Shown here in pieces: positions 25,101-39,800 of a stretch of DNA of 64,000 bases. The stretch is taken from NCBI RefSeq assembly GCF_000143415.4, contig NW_003314265.1, positions 1,047,864 to 1,111,863 on the forward strand, in the 5' to 3' direction. Each line of letters opens with the position of its first letter. Position 1 is the first letter of the stretch. The position numbers and the translations under genes were made by a program. Source of the stretch: Selaginella moellendorffii. Its lineage: Eukaryota; Plantae; Lycopodiophyta. Below the pieces are notes generated by a model that saw nothing but the letters and a program-made list of their open reading frames with translations, was not told the origin of the DNA and ran no database searches.

Positions 25101-26359
25101 GCATTTCTCACATAGTGTGCATACCGTGAACTTTTTCTGGAGTTGTTTCCTTGGCGGTATTCTAGACTCGAGTGTGCATCGACGAGGACGTCGATCTTCC
25201 CTAGGGGGGGAGAGTGTCGTGAATGTGACTTCGGGTATCGAAAGTTACCTGTCGACTAGTCCTTACGGACACTCTTACCTTACTGCCACGATGGCAGGAG
25301 GTCGGTATTGCTGGACCCGTTATCAGTTTCCCACTTGAGCTAGTTGAGAAACTGGTCAATGACCGTGTACTTAGATCGGATAAACATAAGGTAGGAACCC
25401 TATGTGTTTCTTGCTGAGCATACTCGGCCTGGTTTGAGAAACTCCTATCATTGGCTTGCACTTGCTAGTATCAAGAACCCCCGCGATATTGAGATTGGTC
25501 CCTCAATATCGCTAGATGATAGCTTACCGTGTCTGCCAAACACCCTCGCTATCATGCCCTTTGTGTTAGTCTCATTTTGGTCCAAATGCTATTTATGGAA
25601 AATGTCCAGATTTGCTCATTTGGCATATCTATGGAATGTAGAGATTGTCCTGAACACAATGGTGTTCATCCCGTGTCCAAATTTGCAATCTAGGGACATT
25701 CCATATTTAGTAAGTTTCGAGCTTGTCCCAGAGACTAACTCTTGATACTAAGGGAGGCTTGGGGTGAAAGCCCAAAGCGTGTGTTCCTCAAGGGGGGGGG
25801 GGCTATGGGGGGTTCCAAATGTATAGTAGGGATAGTGGGTAGGTTGGGCATGGCCGACCAACCTGAGGCATAGTCTAGCTCCCGCTTGCGTGCCTGTCCT
25901 TGTTCTGCGTCCGGCTTGGGTCTAAACCCAAGTTCCATTCCATGCTAGTTGGTGGAGTACCCATATCCTCGCGTTAGGCCACCGGTATGCCGAAATAGCG
26001 CCAGACTCCGTTTGGCTCCATTTTGCGTGCTGGTCTTGGCATTGGGATGCTGGTTACTCTAGGATTGTTCCAAGTCGCTCCGGGCTCCTGTCCCTTCGCT
26101 CCTTGGGCTTTATGCTCGGGAGTTGCTTCGTGATTTGGTTCCATCACTCCTTGGCTTCATGCTTGGGAGTTTGGCACTGTTCCTTCGTTCAGTGGCCCAA
26201 GGCCCTGAACCTCGGGTTCCTATGGACACGTGGCATGGACACATGGCATGTGACACGTGGCATCTGTCACGTGGCACAAAGAGGGTTTAGGTTCCGCTTC
26301 GTGGTGTTATCCTATGGTAAATGACCATAGGATAAAGGGTCAAAACCACGTGCGCTACA
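19141..26359 (+). mobile_element. Young, structurally complete non-autonomous LTR retrotransposon (LARD-like), family B, copy B1
   Basis: LTRs 19141-20274 and 25215-26359 have TG..CA ends and differ by about 11 substitutions plus one 11-bp indel, counted by eye. PBS TGGTATCAGAG is at 20277-20287 and PPT AGGGGGGGAGAG at 25203-25214. TSD ATCCT/ATCCC. The 4.9-kb internal region has no gag-pol ORF. Confidence 0.93.
20141..20192 (+). promoter_or_regulatory. Cluster of three ABRE/G-box motifs (CACGTGGC) in the family B LTR; also at 26226-26277
   Basis: ACACGTGGCA..ACACGTGGCA..TCACGTGGCA, plus one CACATGGC variant; function untested. Confidence 0.45.
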
Positions 26360-29300
26360 ATCCCAATGCTAAGACCAACAGACAAAACGAAGCCAAACAA
26401 AGTCTAGCACTATTTCAATATACTGGTGGCCCAATGCGAGGACATGGGTACTCCACCAACTAGCATGGTGTGGAACTTAAGCTTAGACCCAAACCAAATG
26501 TAGAACAAATATAGGCACACAAGTGAGAGCTAAATTATGCTTTAAGCTGGTTGGCTATGCTCAACCTGCTTACTATCTCTACTATACATTTGGAACCCCC
26601 CATAGCCAACCCGCCCCCCTTGAGGAACACATGCTTTGGGCTACCTCCCTTAGTACCAAGAGTTAGTCTTTAGGACAAGTTCGAAACTTACTAATTATGG
26701 AATGTCCTTAGATTGCGAATGTGGACACAAGACGAACATCATTGTGTTCAGAATAATCTTTACATTCTGTAAATATGCCAAATAAACAAATCTAAACACT
26801 TTCCATAAATAGCATTTGGGACTGGAATGAAAATAACACGAAGGGCATGATAGCGAGGTGTTTGGTAGACACGGTAAACTATCATCCAGCGATATTAAGG
26901 GATTGGTCTTAATATGCGAGGGTTCTTGTCACTAGCCAGTGTAAGACACAATGAGACGGGAACTCCTTATTGGGCTAAGTATATTTAGCTAATAGCATAT
27001 TAGAATTCCGTCCTTATGTTTGTTTGGTCTAAGTACACTCGATATGCCTAGTTAATTCCATTAGCACAAGAGGGACTGATAAAGGGTCTAGCAATACCAA
27101 CTTTTTATTGTTGTGGCAGTAAAGAAAAAATATCCGAAAGGACTAGCCGACAGATAACTTTCGATACCTAAAGTCACATTTATTGTGTTATACATCCCTT
27201 TCTGCAAGGACATAGAGAGAGAATCCAGAGCAAAGAAACCAAACCCATCAGTAAGGTTAAAATAGACTATTGTAAACAAGCAGTTAGAGTTGTTTACATG
27301 GTCATGCCCTTTTTAAATGAAATAAGGAATATCGAGAGAAAGGCAAGTGATGTGACTAATCGACAGTACTTACCCCATGACTAGATATTTCACTATACAC
27401 ATGAGGTACCATGCCTATACTACCCTAAATCTAAAGATCCATAGATTGACAATATCAAAGTCAAAAACAATGATATATTAGAAACTTAATTATCAGCGAA
27501 TAAATCTTAGATTAGAACACAAAAGTATTCCAAGTAAGTTATCATCTAGTAAATTAATATTAAAGTACATGAACTACCAAGATCATTAAAAGTTAAAGTC
27601 ATAGGACTAACCATCTAACAAAATTTAGTAGAAACCTCAATGAGAAAGCTTAACTACCAAAGATTGTAGATAGCATGCTAAACAACTTACAAAATGCAAT
27701 TCAAAAAACACAAAGTATCAGTGACTGGGAAGTAAACTCGCGAATGTATCATCTAAAGGAAATAACATTTTAATTTATAAAATCAACTCAAGCAACAATC
27801 AACAGAACAGAATGAATGTGGAAAGACCAACAAACATTTGTTCATGTTAACTATCACACTAGCCAATTCAAATAAATCCCAGTCAATAATACTAAGGTCA
27901 ATAACATCCTACTGATATCTTAAACCCAAGAGACCAATGTAAACCAAATCATAAAGAATATGTGGTAATGCAAAAACCCATAAGCCATCAAAAAGAATAA
28001 TTAACTATCATAAAAGATCATCAATTATCCCATTAATAAAGATATGCATGATCATCATTGAAGAAGGAATCCACCATCCCAAAAAATGGTAAATCATTTA
28101 ATATCAATAATAATTTAGACAAACCTTTGATAAGGATAATTAACTATCCTAGATGATAGTCAATTATCACTAATGATTGCTAAATGCAATACTAACTTTA
28201 ATATAAAAGGTAATGAGCCAAAAATGCTTTCCCCAACAACTCCTAACAAATGGAATAATGAGCATAAAACTCAAAGAACCAAAAGCTCAAAGAAGCCTAT
28301 AGTTATGTTTTGCCCAACAATGATAATAAGTCTTGCATGAACTAGCTTCAATGCTAAAGAAGAAATTATAGTACAATCCATAATATCATAAATTTCATAA
28401 TGCAAAGTTAATGAAGAGCATTTCTGCATTAATCAAAAAGCCAAATATAACAAAGCTATGCTCAACAAGTGACCACCAAACTGATCCTCCATGAATCCAT
28501 ATTTTATAGCAAGACGTAACTCACTTTATAACAAGCACAAAAGAAATCATCAATGATCAATATATTTCAATTTAAATTTAATAAAGAACCACTAACTTCA
28601 ATACCAATCACTAACTCTTCTTTTTCTAAAACTAATATAGTCTATGACTAAATCACATTTTAAGGAAAAGTTAAAGTTCCACTCCTACTAAATAATCCCG
28701 TCTAAAACATAACTAACTCAACTTACTACTCAATTCATTTGAACACCAATATAGTTGCTAACTAACAAATGCATGATTGCTAACAATATAAAGCTTTAGC
28801 CAAATCATCAACACTATATGTATCAAGACTAATGAAACTTAATATCAATCCAACAGAGAGACATCTCATTTCACTCGAATCTCAATGTTAACAATGTTAA
28901 TGACAGGGCATCACTTCAATGCTATTAACACTAGAATAAAGTTAGAAGAAAGCAAAAAAAATCACCACTCAAAACTTTTTAGCAATCAAGCTAACCAAAG
29001 TTGAAGATACCTTAGTCAGTATTCGAGACCAACCCTTGAATAATACTCAGTTACAGATAACACATCATCAAAGAGTGAATCACGACATCCAAGACTCAAT
29101 AAAATTTAACACCGTAGACTAAACACAACCAAATGATATTAACAGAGATAGAATTGATAGTCATAATAACAATTTTTATGGAAAAAAAACCTATTTTATG
29201 GAAAATCTATGCAAGCCTACGACATAATCCTCTGCAACACCATTCAGTAAAGCAAGTCTATCATTGCTAAATCATCATTAAGAAAATCAAGTGTTAGTAG

Positions 29301-32300
29301 TCCTTAATAAAGTTTATAAGCAATTATTAGTTGCAAAACAACTAATAATCATTTGTTAACTCACCTTTAAAAGACTAAAAACACTAAACTCATATCATCA
29401 AGTTCTATACTTGTCCATCAAGAAGGTAACACCTTAGATACAAGATATAGATACATGGACAAGCATTAGATGTTAAAAAAAGTTATAGCATTCATTTGCT
29501 ATAACTTGTTTGTGAATTTATTAGCACTTAGAGTAATGGAGAAAGTGTGAAATTGAGGCATCAACATTACTAGCACTTATATTAGTGAAAGTAGCATATA
29601 GTTTCAAGTGATGAGGTAGACCTTGATTTTTCATGTCATTTTTCATTTTAGTGTTTTGGCTTCATATTGAATCTTGAAGGTGATTGAAGAAAAGTGTTAG
29701 TGCCATATGAATATCTAAAGATATGGTTTTCATGATTAAATTTTAGGTATTTATTTGCATTTTGCAGATGTTGGTGTTGAATATTAAAAATATGGGCAAA
29801 ATGTTTAATGCTTATATATATTGTTAGGTCATAAGAATTTATGTTGAGGTGAACCTATATGAAGTTGTTAGTAAGAGGAAGTTGGTTAAGTCTTGAAAGT
29901 TTGCATTCCTAGGCTGAGAATTATTCTTTCTCTTAGATGGAAAACTTTTTATAAATTTTCTTAGACTTTTCTAATGGTTGATCTATTGATCATTTTGTTG
30001 AAAACCATTCTGTTTTCATAAGTCATTACAAACTAGTGAAAGGCTTCAATTAACTTAAACCTTAGTATGTAGTTTATATGATACAGCCCAAAAAGGATAT
30101 TGACTTTTTGAAGCTAAAGTAATTGAGTTGGATAAAGTCTAGAGTTAGTGTAAAAAAAGTGGTCATTACACTTTTCTAGGGAAGTGACATTTGTGCCTTT
30201 CTTCTGTAGCATTATGTTTGGTGGTAAGTGGCACTTTGCATTTTATTAGATTCTATGAGAGTAGTAAGCTTTCATTAATCTTGACTTGGTCTTAATAACC
30301 ATATGCCTTGGTTGAGGATAGTGATGTCCAACTTAATTGTTTGTGGTTGAAGTATTAATACCTATTTTATAGCTTTGTTTATGAGGAGGTTATGTACCAA
30401 TATAAGTCCATTTTATGGTCTTCACCTTAGTTTCAAGTAAGTGTTGATCATGCATAGCTAACTTCTTCAAGGTATACTCAAAGCTATTGACTAAATGTAT
30501 TAGTGAGTTTATTATTATACAATTGGATTTGAGTGGTTATTTAGTTTGGCAAACTCTCAAGGAAACAAAGTACCAACTTAAGCTTAGTATAATAGATCAC
30601 CATTGAGAATTTAGTCAAAACTATTATAATGTTGTTACGTGCAAGTAGATTAACTTCACTATCAACCACTTTGGGGTTGATCATCATTTGACCAAGCAAT
30701 TTTGGAAATATATTACTCATTATTATATGGATATGATATAAAAATCAGAATAACTTGATCATCAATTGAACAACACCACGAGCAAGACAATATTATTACT
30801 TCAAAAGTGTTTAGTGGTGGATTAGTTTTGAGATTGGTTGAAAAGAGAGTGGCATGAACTTATCTATATTGTGAATGATGTTAATGGTGTTGAGTGTTGT
30901 AAATCTTTATCGGTGGGGTGTGGCATTTATGTTGCTTTTTGTTGAATCTAGTTGGCACTTGATGCTCACATAATATTCAAGATGCAATAGTAAAGTTCCC
31001 TGGAAAAGAATTGAGCATTGTAACCCAAGTCTTCAATAGCAGGCTTACACAAAATAAATTAGCGCTTCATCACTATCTATCCTATGACTCACCACTTATA
31101 AGACTATCATAACCAATATGCATCAAAGTAGAAACTCTTGATTGTATGATGTGAATATGAGTAATGAGTTAACACCTTGTTACAAATCATCTCTCAAAGA
31201 AGAGAAAATAATTTACATGTTTGATCCTTCGTCCTTGACAACTTTTTTTTCGGACTCAACTTTGATCAAACCTCAAGCTTGTTTTCACACTACCTTTAGT
31301 TTAATCCAAAAAAAGTTTATAAGAGAGTGCAACAATAACCACTTAAAGCAATAGATTAATCCCCTAGTTTTGATTAATCCACTTATAATCATGCTTAAGA
31401 AGGATCCACTAGTGTTATTCTAAATAGCTACAGACCAGCCTATTTGCCACTTATAGCAAACCCAGGGAAGGTTTATTTTTACCCATGGTATATGGAATAA
31501 CTCATAGAACCACCAATAAGCTAATATTAATCTTGCCAACTCAAAGTGTAATCTTGAGTTGTTAATGTGCCTCACTCACAAGCCCAAGTACAAACTTGTG
31601 CAAATGGTATACTTCAAATTCATCCTATGAGCCTAAGTGCAAGCTCATATAATCTAGTATCAAAAGGTAGCCAAATTTCATACCTAAGGAATGATTGTAA
31701 AGTCATAGCACCCAAACATGTACCTATTCAGATTATTATTTTCATCTCTGCATATGCAATGAGACTAGTTGCCCATTCTCATTGGATAGTACTCACTAAG
31801 ATGTATTCTTTAATACCAAATGTAGCGCACGTGGTTTTATGGTGATTTACCATAGAATAACTATAAAGTAGAACCTAAACCCTCTATATGCCATGTGTCA
31901 TATGTCATATGTCTAAAGATAATAGAGTGGAACCTAAGTTTCAAAACCTTGGGCCATTGAATGAAGGAACTAAGCCAAACTCCCAAGCTTGTAGCCTAAG
32001 AGCGAAGGAACCAGAGCATGGAATAACTCTTGAGTATTCGGCCCAAAGAGTGAAAGGACAGGAGCATGGAGCAATGTTAGAATAGTCTTAAAGCATCTAA
32101 CATCCCAATGCTAAAATCAACATGCAAAATGGGAATTAAACTATGCCTTAAGTTGATCGGCCATGCTCAATCTACCCACTATCCCTACTATATATTTGGA
32201 ACCCCCCCACAACAACCCCTCGAAACATATACTTTGGGCTTTCACCCTTAGCCACCAGAAGTTAATCTCTGGGACTAGCTTAAAACTTACTAAATATGGA

Positions 32301-33090
32301 ATGACATTATATTACAAATTTGGACACGGGACTAAGACTATTAATCTTGACATTCAGTAGATATGCCAAATTAGCAAATCTAGATACTTTCTATAAATAG
32401 CAATTAAGACTAAATGGAACTAACACAAAATGCATGATAGCAAAGGTGTTTATGGTAAGTTATCATTTGTGATATTGAGGGACTAGTCTCAATATGCGAG
32501 GGTTCTTGTCATTAGCCAATGCAAGACACAATGAGATGGGAACTCCTTACCAGGCTAAGTGTGCTTAGTTAATAGCATGTAGAAATTCCGTCCTTATACT
32601 CATCTAGTCTAAGTACACTTGAAATGCCCAGTTAACTTCACTAGCATAAGAGGGACTGATAAAGGGTAGCAATACTGACCTCTTGCCATCGTGGCAATAA
32701 AAAAAGAATATATAAAAAAACTCACCGACAAGTAACTTTTGATACCCCATAGTCACATTCACGACACTTGAGCCACTAAACAAAGGAATGGAGCCAAATT
32801 ACCAAGTATGAATTATTTAATGAGAGAGCCTTTAGTGGCTATTTTATTCCTATTTATCTTTAAAGGTTCTAAAGATCTATAGTGACAGATATCTAAATTT
32901 CATGATCACATGTATTACACTCATCCCCCCTTTAGAGATGCCAATATTCTTATTGAATATTGACTAGTAACCTCTATTAAGCCAAAGAAAATTAACATTT
33001 CTATTTCCTCACTAAATTTACCAATCCTTCTAATATGTAGACTAATTATTCCATGAACAAATCAAATGGAGCCAAATTATCAAGCATGAA

Positions 33091-33757
33091 TGTAATACAC
33101 TTTATCTTTCTCCCTTTAAACTAATTGGAAAAAGGGCAATTATTTTATGAGAGAGCCCTTAGTAATTATTTTATCCCCATTTATGCTTTAAAGTTCCAAA
33201 AATCTATAGTGACAGTATATCCAAATCTCATCTTATGATCACATGTGTTACACTCACCTCCCCTTTAGAAATGTCAATATCCTTATTAACTTATGACTAA
33301 CAACCCCTACTGAGCCAAGGGGAACTAACACCTTCATTTCTACACTAAATTTACCAATTCTTTTATTATGTAGACTAGTTATTTCATGTGAGGTAACTAA
33401 TCATCCACTCGTACTATAGTCCCATAATAGATATCTTCGTCCATGGATGCCCTATAAGATAAAGGACATACTTATGGTCCAATATGTATGATTTTAATTT
33501 TGGAGGTAGAAATATACCTTGCTCAAAGGTATATTATATTTTAAATAGCCACTAATCAATAGGAATTGAACCTATGTTATTTGCTTTCATACTATATGTA
33601 ACACTCGTATCTCTCTCCCCTTAAACCAACTAGAAAATGAGCAATTATTTGATGAAAGAGCTTTTAATGGTTATTTGATCCTTATTTATCCCCCAAGGTT
33701 CCAAAGATCTATAGTGACATTATATCAAAATCTCATCCCATGATCACATGCACTATA
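33091..33757 (-). mobile_element. TRIM (miniature LTR retrotransposon, ~670 bp)
   Basis: ~160-bp direct repeats at 33091-33250 and 33597-33757. Minus-strand PPT AAGGGGAGGTGAG and a degenerate Met PBS (~33583-33594). TSD ATGAA/ATAAA. A partial tandem duplicate lies at ~32787-33064. Confidence 0.72.
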
Positions 33758-33890
33758 ATAAACCTAAAGAATGAAAGAACTAAGGCACAGAACAACTCGT
33801 AAGTGTATAATTTAAAGAGCGAAGGGACAAGAGCATGGAATGATATTAGAACAATCCTAGAACCTTTAATATCCCAATTCTAGGATTAAT

Positions 33891-36800
33891 TGTGAGCAAT
33901 TAAAATTTCCATTTTACTTTAGTCACTTAATCACGCCTCCGACCACTTGGAGGAGTCTCACTCACAACCTTCGTAAGTCCTATTTTGGACTTAGGGACTT
34001 GCTAGCCCCAAGAATGGCATCCATGCCACTCAACCATTGCACTTGGTCCAAATGCTCCACGTGTCTGATCCCATGACTAACACCCCAAGGTACCACCGAC
34101 ATATCAGCCCGTTACGCTAAAGCTAAGTCCCTTTCTGCCCATGGCCGTGTTCGCCAACACTGCCATTGGATTGAGGCCTATAGGCCTGACCACTAAGTCC
34201 CATGGTCCTCTAGGACTTCCTCACCACACGACTGTATCCTTGGTCACTACATCAGAGGACTATTCCTCTTCCTTTCCATAGTTTGGGCCTTTGGGACAAC
34301 ATTTCGAAACACCATGGCCCTATGCAAGCCTCATGGGTACTCTCCCCGCCTCCCACCTTTGGGTGCTCTAGCCATGGGCTTAGAGTGAGGTTCCGTTGAG
34401 CCACACTAGGTATCTAAGTAGGTAGTGCCACCCACACTTGGACTGGGAGCATCAACCATTCGATTTCCCAGGGGAACTAGAGCCGGCTTTTGAACACTTC
34501 ACCAAAGCTACCCCGCTTGTTGGTCCGTATTCACTCTAGTCTTGGACTTCCCAGTGGTCAGTTCATCACCCAACACTGGGTATGGCCTTCTTGGGCCAAA
34601 CTGGCCTTTCCTGGCCAAACTGGCTCCATTGGTCTCCAATCCCCACACTCTCCCTACTATACTTTTGGAACCCCTTGCGCCCCCCTGCCCCCGAGGGGCG
34701 ATTGCTTTGGGCTTTCACCCAATTGTTTGTATTGGTATTCGGGCTCGGACTTGGACTCGAACTCGGACTTGAACTTGGTCTCGGTCTCAATTTCGGACTC
34801 GGACTCAGTCTCGGTCTCGGTCTCGGTCTCGGTTTCATCTCGAACTCCATCTCAGACTCCATCTCCGGTCCTTCTTGGACTCCATCTCGGACTCCATCTT
34901 GGGTCCATCTCGAGTCCATCTTAGGTCCATCTCAGACTCCATCTTAGGTCCATCTCATGTCCCTTTTTTAGAGACTCACTTATCGCTCACCACGTGCTTG
35001 TTCCTCGAGCACTTCGTTGGGAGTTCCACTCTCGCTTTCGACCTTTCAAGTCAGAGCTTTTGGTCCAAACATGTTATGCTTGTTTGGCTTTTGCTTCGGC
35101 CACTACTACGTGGCACCCTTTCGACTCCACTTTGGGGCCTAGGGATTTTATGTCTCACAACTCTACCACCCATAGACAAAGTTTGATGTCCTTATCGAAC
35201 GATAAACTATTTTATAAAGTAATACTAATGTGTATTACCCTTTCCATTCTTGGCACCTCACCAATATTCGTCAATGGTTTGATACTGAAGGCTCACCATG
35301 CCTTGCCCATCCTCTAAGGAGGATAGTCTCTCCAACTTAGAAACTGATTGGACCACTTGTGGTGGTTCTCTCTTTTTATTGATTTAGTTCTCGCTAAACC
35401 TGTCAAAGACACCGTCTCTATTTCCATCCCACTATTCCTTCTTGAGTAGTCTCAGTTTCTATCAATATAACCTTTGCAATTTGGAACTTTTACTTTTGAC
35501 TTTTTGAAGTCAATTTCCTAGGTGTCTCCATCACCTTGCATTGCATATATTGTGTAGCTCCACTTCCCCATCCTAGGAAGTTCTCTACTTGAGGGCACCA
35601 TCATCCTCTTTTCTATTTCGTGTTACCTTGGGCACTAAGTTCTAGTTATCATAATTTGTGCTAGAGTTGTTCATGGCCTTATTATTTGGCTACCTTATTG
35701 CTCTATGCCTTAGAGCTTTCGCTTTCGCCAAATCAAAGAGATTGAGAATCCATCCTTGGAAACATATTGCCTTTCCCACAATTCGTTAACACTTAACACA
35801 TTAGTGTTCTTGGCCTAACTTTGCCTTTTTTTTTTTTTTTTTTGGATTCTTTCCCATGATTCCCATGGCTCTTTTCTTAGCCACTAGTTTTTTGCTTCTA
35901 TCCTTGATGGTTGCACCCAGCAACATCGGATCACTACCTCCATTCTCAAGGTATGTTTTTGGTTCCATAGCAAAGATTTTGCCTTGCTAAGTCTAGAGGG
36001 TGTTCACCCTTAGTATGTCTCTTTAGCATTTTCTATTGTGAGTTCTATCCCTGGCCCAACTTTGGGACCCTCCCATGAGTCTCTTATAGAGACTACCTTT
36101 TTCGAACTCTATATGCCATTGTATTGTCATAAATCATTTCCCTTAGGTGTTCTTCCCACTTAGTCACCTTAACCAAACTACACCATCATCAATAGTTCAA
36201 ATTAACATTTTGAACTAAGAACTTTATCCCTTTTACCTCACAAAGACCTTGTCCTTGTTTTAGCTATGAGATCACCTTGTGATCTAACCTTGGCACCTTA
36301 ATAGATTTGTCAATAGGTACTAAATCCTCTAAACCTTTAAGTTGTTCACCATGACCCCGGGGGCATCCCCCACACTTGGCAATGCACCCAAGCCAGCCCT
36401 TCCGGCTAAGGGTCCATAACAACTAAGATTGGGTGTCTTCATCTCATTCACCACGTCCTTGGTGCCACTCGCACCAAAGTGTTCAAGTTAGATATGCCGA
36501 GCCATCCATACTAAGCAATCTAATTGTGCATTAGGACTCCGGGGCATCCCCTGCTTAGCGGTGTGCCCAAGCCAATTTCCTTACTGAGAGTCCATGACCA
36601 CTAAAAAATGAGTGTTCTCATTTTTCAAACCATCACCGCGCCCTAGTGAGTTAGGACTCAAACCCAAGCATTAGAGGGTCGGGACTCGAACCCAACCTCC
36701 GTATATGCATGTACGGAAGGCATCATCCAAGATGCCTAGTGTGACTCCCCATGCTGGTGCACCAACTTATAGTTAAAGCGCACTATAAATCACAATTTAA

Positions 36801-39800
36801 GAACTTAGTTCCTCTGCATTGCCAAGTCCTCTCACTTGACAAGTTTGTGATCATGCATGGACTCTTCCATGCTTGGCCCCATGGGCCACCCCTTTTGAAA
36901 TTGGCACCTTCAACTAGGGGATTTGTTCCTCTGACTTGCTAATCTCACTTAGCAAGTCATCCGACCAATGTAACATGATTTCATGCATAATAATGAAAGT
37001 CCTGACCATCAACTTTCATTCAAAGCTATCCTTTTGAGCACTCAAGAACTGCTTCCTCAACCTTGATAGCCTTGCGTTATGGCAAGCTTCAAGGCCACGC
37101 TTCTGCTATGCCACTCTGATTTTGCGCATTCTATGAACTATTTACACTTGGCTTTCTAGGTACTAAGTTACCTAGAATTGTCTTTGGGAACCTTTGAAGG
37201 AATTCTGTCCCTTAACTTGCTAAGGCCTCTTCTTTCGTAAGCTTTTTAATTGCCATATGGTTTAACATGAACAATTCCATACTTTAGACTCTCCATGGTA
37301 TCACAGTTGCTAGTAATAACAAGCTTGAGCACCCACTTGATTCTTCACTCCTAATTAGCATAACCACCCTTGGTTATGCAATTCAATTCTTATGGTTTGG
37401 TTCTATCCCCTTATTATTTGTTTTTAGCCTCACATCTTTCCTTCAGTTATTCTCCTCTAGACTAGGAGGATAGCTTTGCACTTTTTACTATACCGTAGCA
37501 AGTATTCTTAGGGATGAACCTACTTGATAGCCTAGGGAGTGGTTCCTCAATCCGAGTATGCTCAATTTATAATCCCACACACCAAGATTAATGTTGCCAT
37601 TTATGGGCTTTTATATGCCCATCATTAGCCTTGCCAAAAATTCCATTTTGGCTTTGTCCAATTTGGGTAGATAGTCTTCTTCTGTCTCCACAACCTTGGA
37701 CATTTGGATAGCACATTTGGATTTAGTCCCTTGGGCCTTATCTATACTAAACACCACCTCCTGATGTTCTAGAGTGTTTAGGTGTCCTAATAATGACCTT
37801 CTTGACAATGAGCATTTCCTTTTACGACATTGACTTACTATATCGCAACATAAACAATTTATCCCTTGTAAGGGTATATTTAACTTCCTTATGCCATTAA
37901 GAAGTCTTGGGTAGTTACCTTCTACCCGTTTAACCAATTATCTTGCACCTTTTGTTTAATTACCTTATAGTTGTTAAGTTTTATAACTCATCGCTTGGTG
38001 CTTCCACACCTCTATCATTATCTAGGTTACCATACCCTAACTGCATGCTTTCCAGCTTAGGCTATGCCATTCACATTTTCATTAGGATTCCTTTGGGAGG
38101 TTCTCGTGAACTTGCCAACTTCATCTTAAGGCATCACGCCTTAGAACATTCGGTGTTTCTGCACCATCGGCGCCACGAGCCTACCTTTATGACACTTTTT
38201 ACTTGTGTTTAAGTCTTTGCCAAGACCAATACGGTCCTTTTTTATACCAACTATCCGTTAGCACTACACTATAGAGTTTACACACAATTTTGTGTCAAAG
38301 TTGTTTTCTTCTGGGAACACATTTCCCACAACTTTAGTATGGCACCTTTTGCCATCAATGAAATGCCCATTGTTCTCATGCTTGAATCTTATGATCCTCC
38401 CCATTCTTCGTGGGGCACAACACACCTCAGTCCAAATGCTTTTAGCAACCCCTTAGGACCATTCCTTGACTCTACTTGAGTCATCTAACATTTTTAGACT
38501 TTATAATCCAATGATCTATAAGGTGTTATTTTGAGGTGCCAGCTTACTGGAATACAACTTCTTGTATTCGTGCCCTACTCACAAGGACCATCTTTGCAAG
38601 TGTTACTCTAACACTTAATTCTGTTCTCTAGGGGCAACCTTTGCCCCTTATGACTACTTGTCCATGTGATGAGAATACCAACTCATCCTCTAAATACACC
38701 CCCAACTCTTTGGGTTGTTCCAGCATTTATTAAAGATAGCCCTGGCTACTATTTCAAAGACTTGTGTCCTCTTCCGTATTTGACCTCTCACGGTCATTAC
38801 TTCTGGTCTCACATTCATGAGCACCAACCTTGACTATATGAGGATAATCTTGTGACTCCTTTATTGCTTTGGAGTCTCTATCTTTCCTGTGATCCTAATT
38901 ATAGTTGTTTACCACAACTATATTAACCAATTTGTTAAGTCAAATGCTCATTTGGATCACATCCTCAACTCTTTGAGGAAACCTTTATATTGTTACCAAG
39001 ATCCCAAAGTCATTCCCTTACTGACCCTTTTCTATCCACCACATCACGCCCAAGTTCACGCATGAATTTGAGTGGAGAACCATGTCCTCTCGACATGCTA
39101 CTCCTCAAGGATAGGCCCACTCCTAGGACCTTATGATGCCAACATCAATGGTAATATACTTGAGCACCAATAAAAGTCAGACTAAGGAATAGCTCCGATA
39201 CCAAGTTGTGAGCGACTAAATTTTCTATTCTACTTTAGTCACTTAACCACACCTCCGACCACTTGGAGGAGTTTCACTCACAACCTCCGTAAGTCCTATT
39301 TTGGACTTAGGGACTTGTTAGCCCTAAGAATGGCATCCATGCCACTCAACCATTGCACTTGGTCCAAGTGCTCCACGTGTCCGATTCCATGACTAACACC
39401 CCAAGGTACCATCGACATATCAATCCATTTCGCTAAGGCCATGCCCATTCACCTTGGTCATACCAATGGTCTGACACCACCTACATGACAATTCTGTCTT
39501 TCAAAAACTAGGCCATCTGTCTATGAGTGATCATCCCAAATCCACTCCTTAGCATCCTTAGGATGCCCACAGACATGGAGAATAGCTTTCCCGAATATCC
39601 CTTTTTCAGTCCCCACTAAGTCCTTTTTTGCCCATGGCCGTATTTGCCAACACTGCCACTAGATTGAGGCTCACAAGCCCAACCACTAAGTCCCACAGTC
39701 CTCTAGGACTTTCTCACCACACGACTATATCCTTGGTCACTACACCAAAGGACTACTCCTCTTCCTTTCCACAATTTAGGCTTTTGGGACAACATTTTGA

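Larger units (their letters stand above)
18839..32766 (-). mobile_element. Older family B LARD-like element (B2); 3' LTR 18839-19140 + 26360-~27188, 5' LTR 31821-32766
   Basis: Internal region ~27190-31820 is a diverged reverse complement of the B1 internal region. A PBS remnant (TAATACCAAA) abuts the LTR at 31821. Confidence 0.8.

Noticed and set aside
33091-33757. Cassandra TRIM identity
   Set aside because: No 5S rRNA-like A/C boxes are visible in the LTRs.
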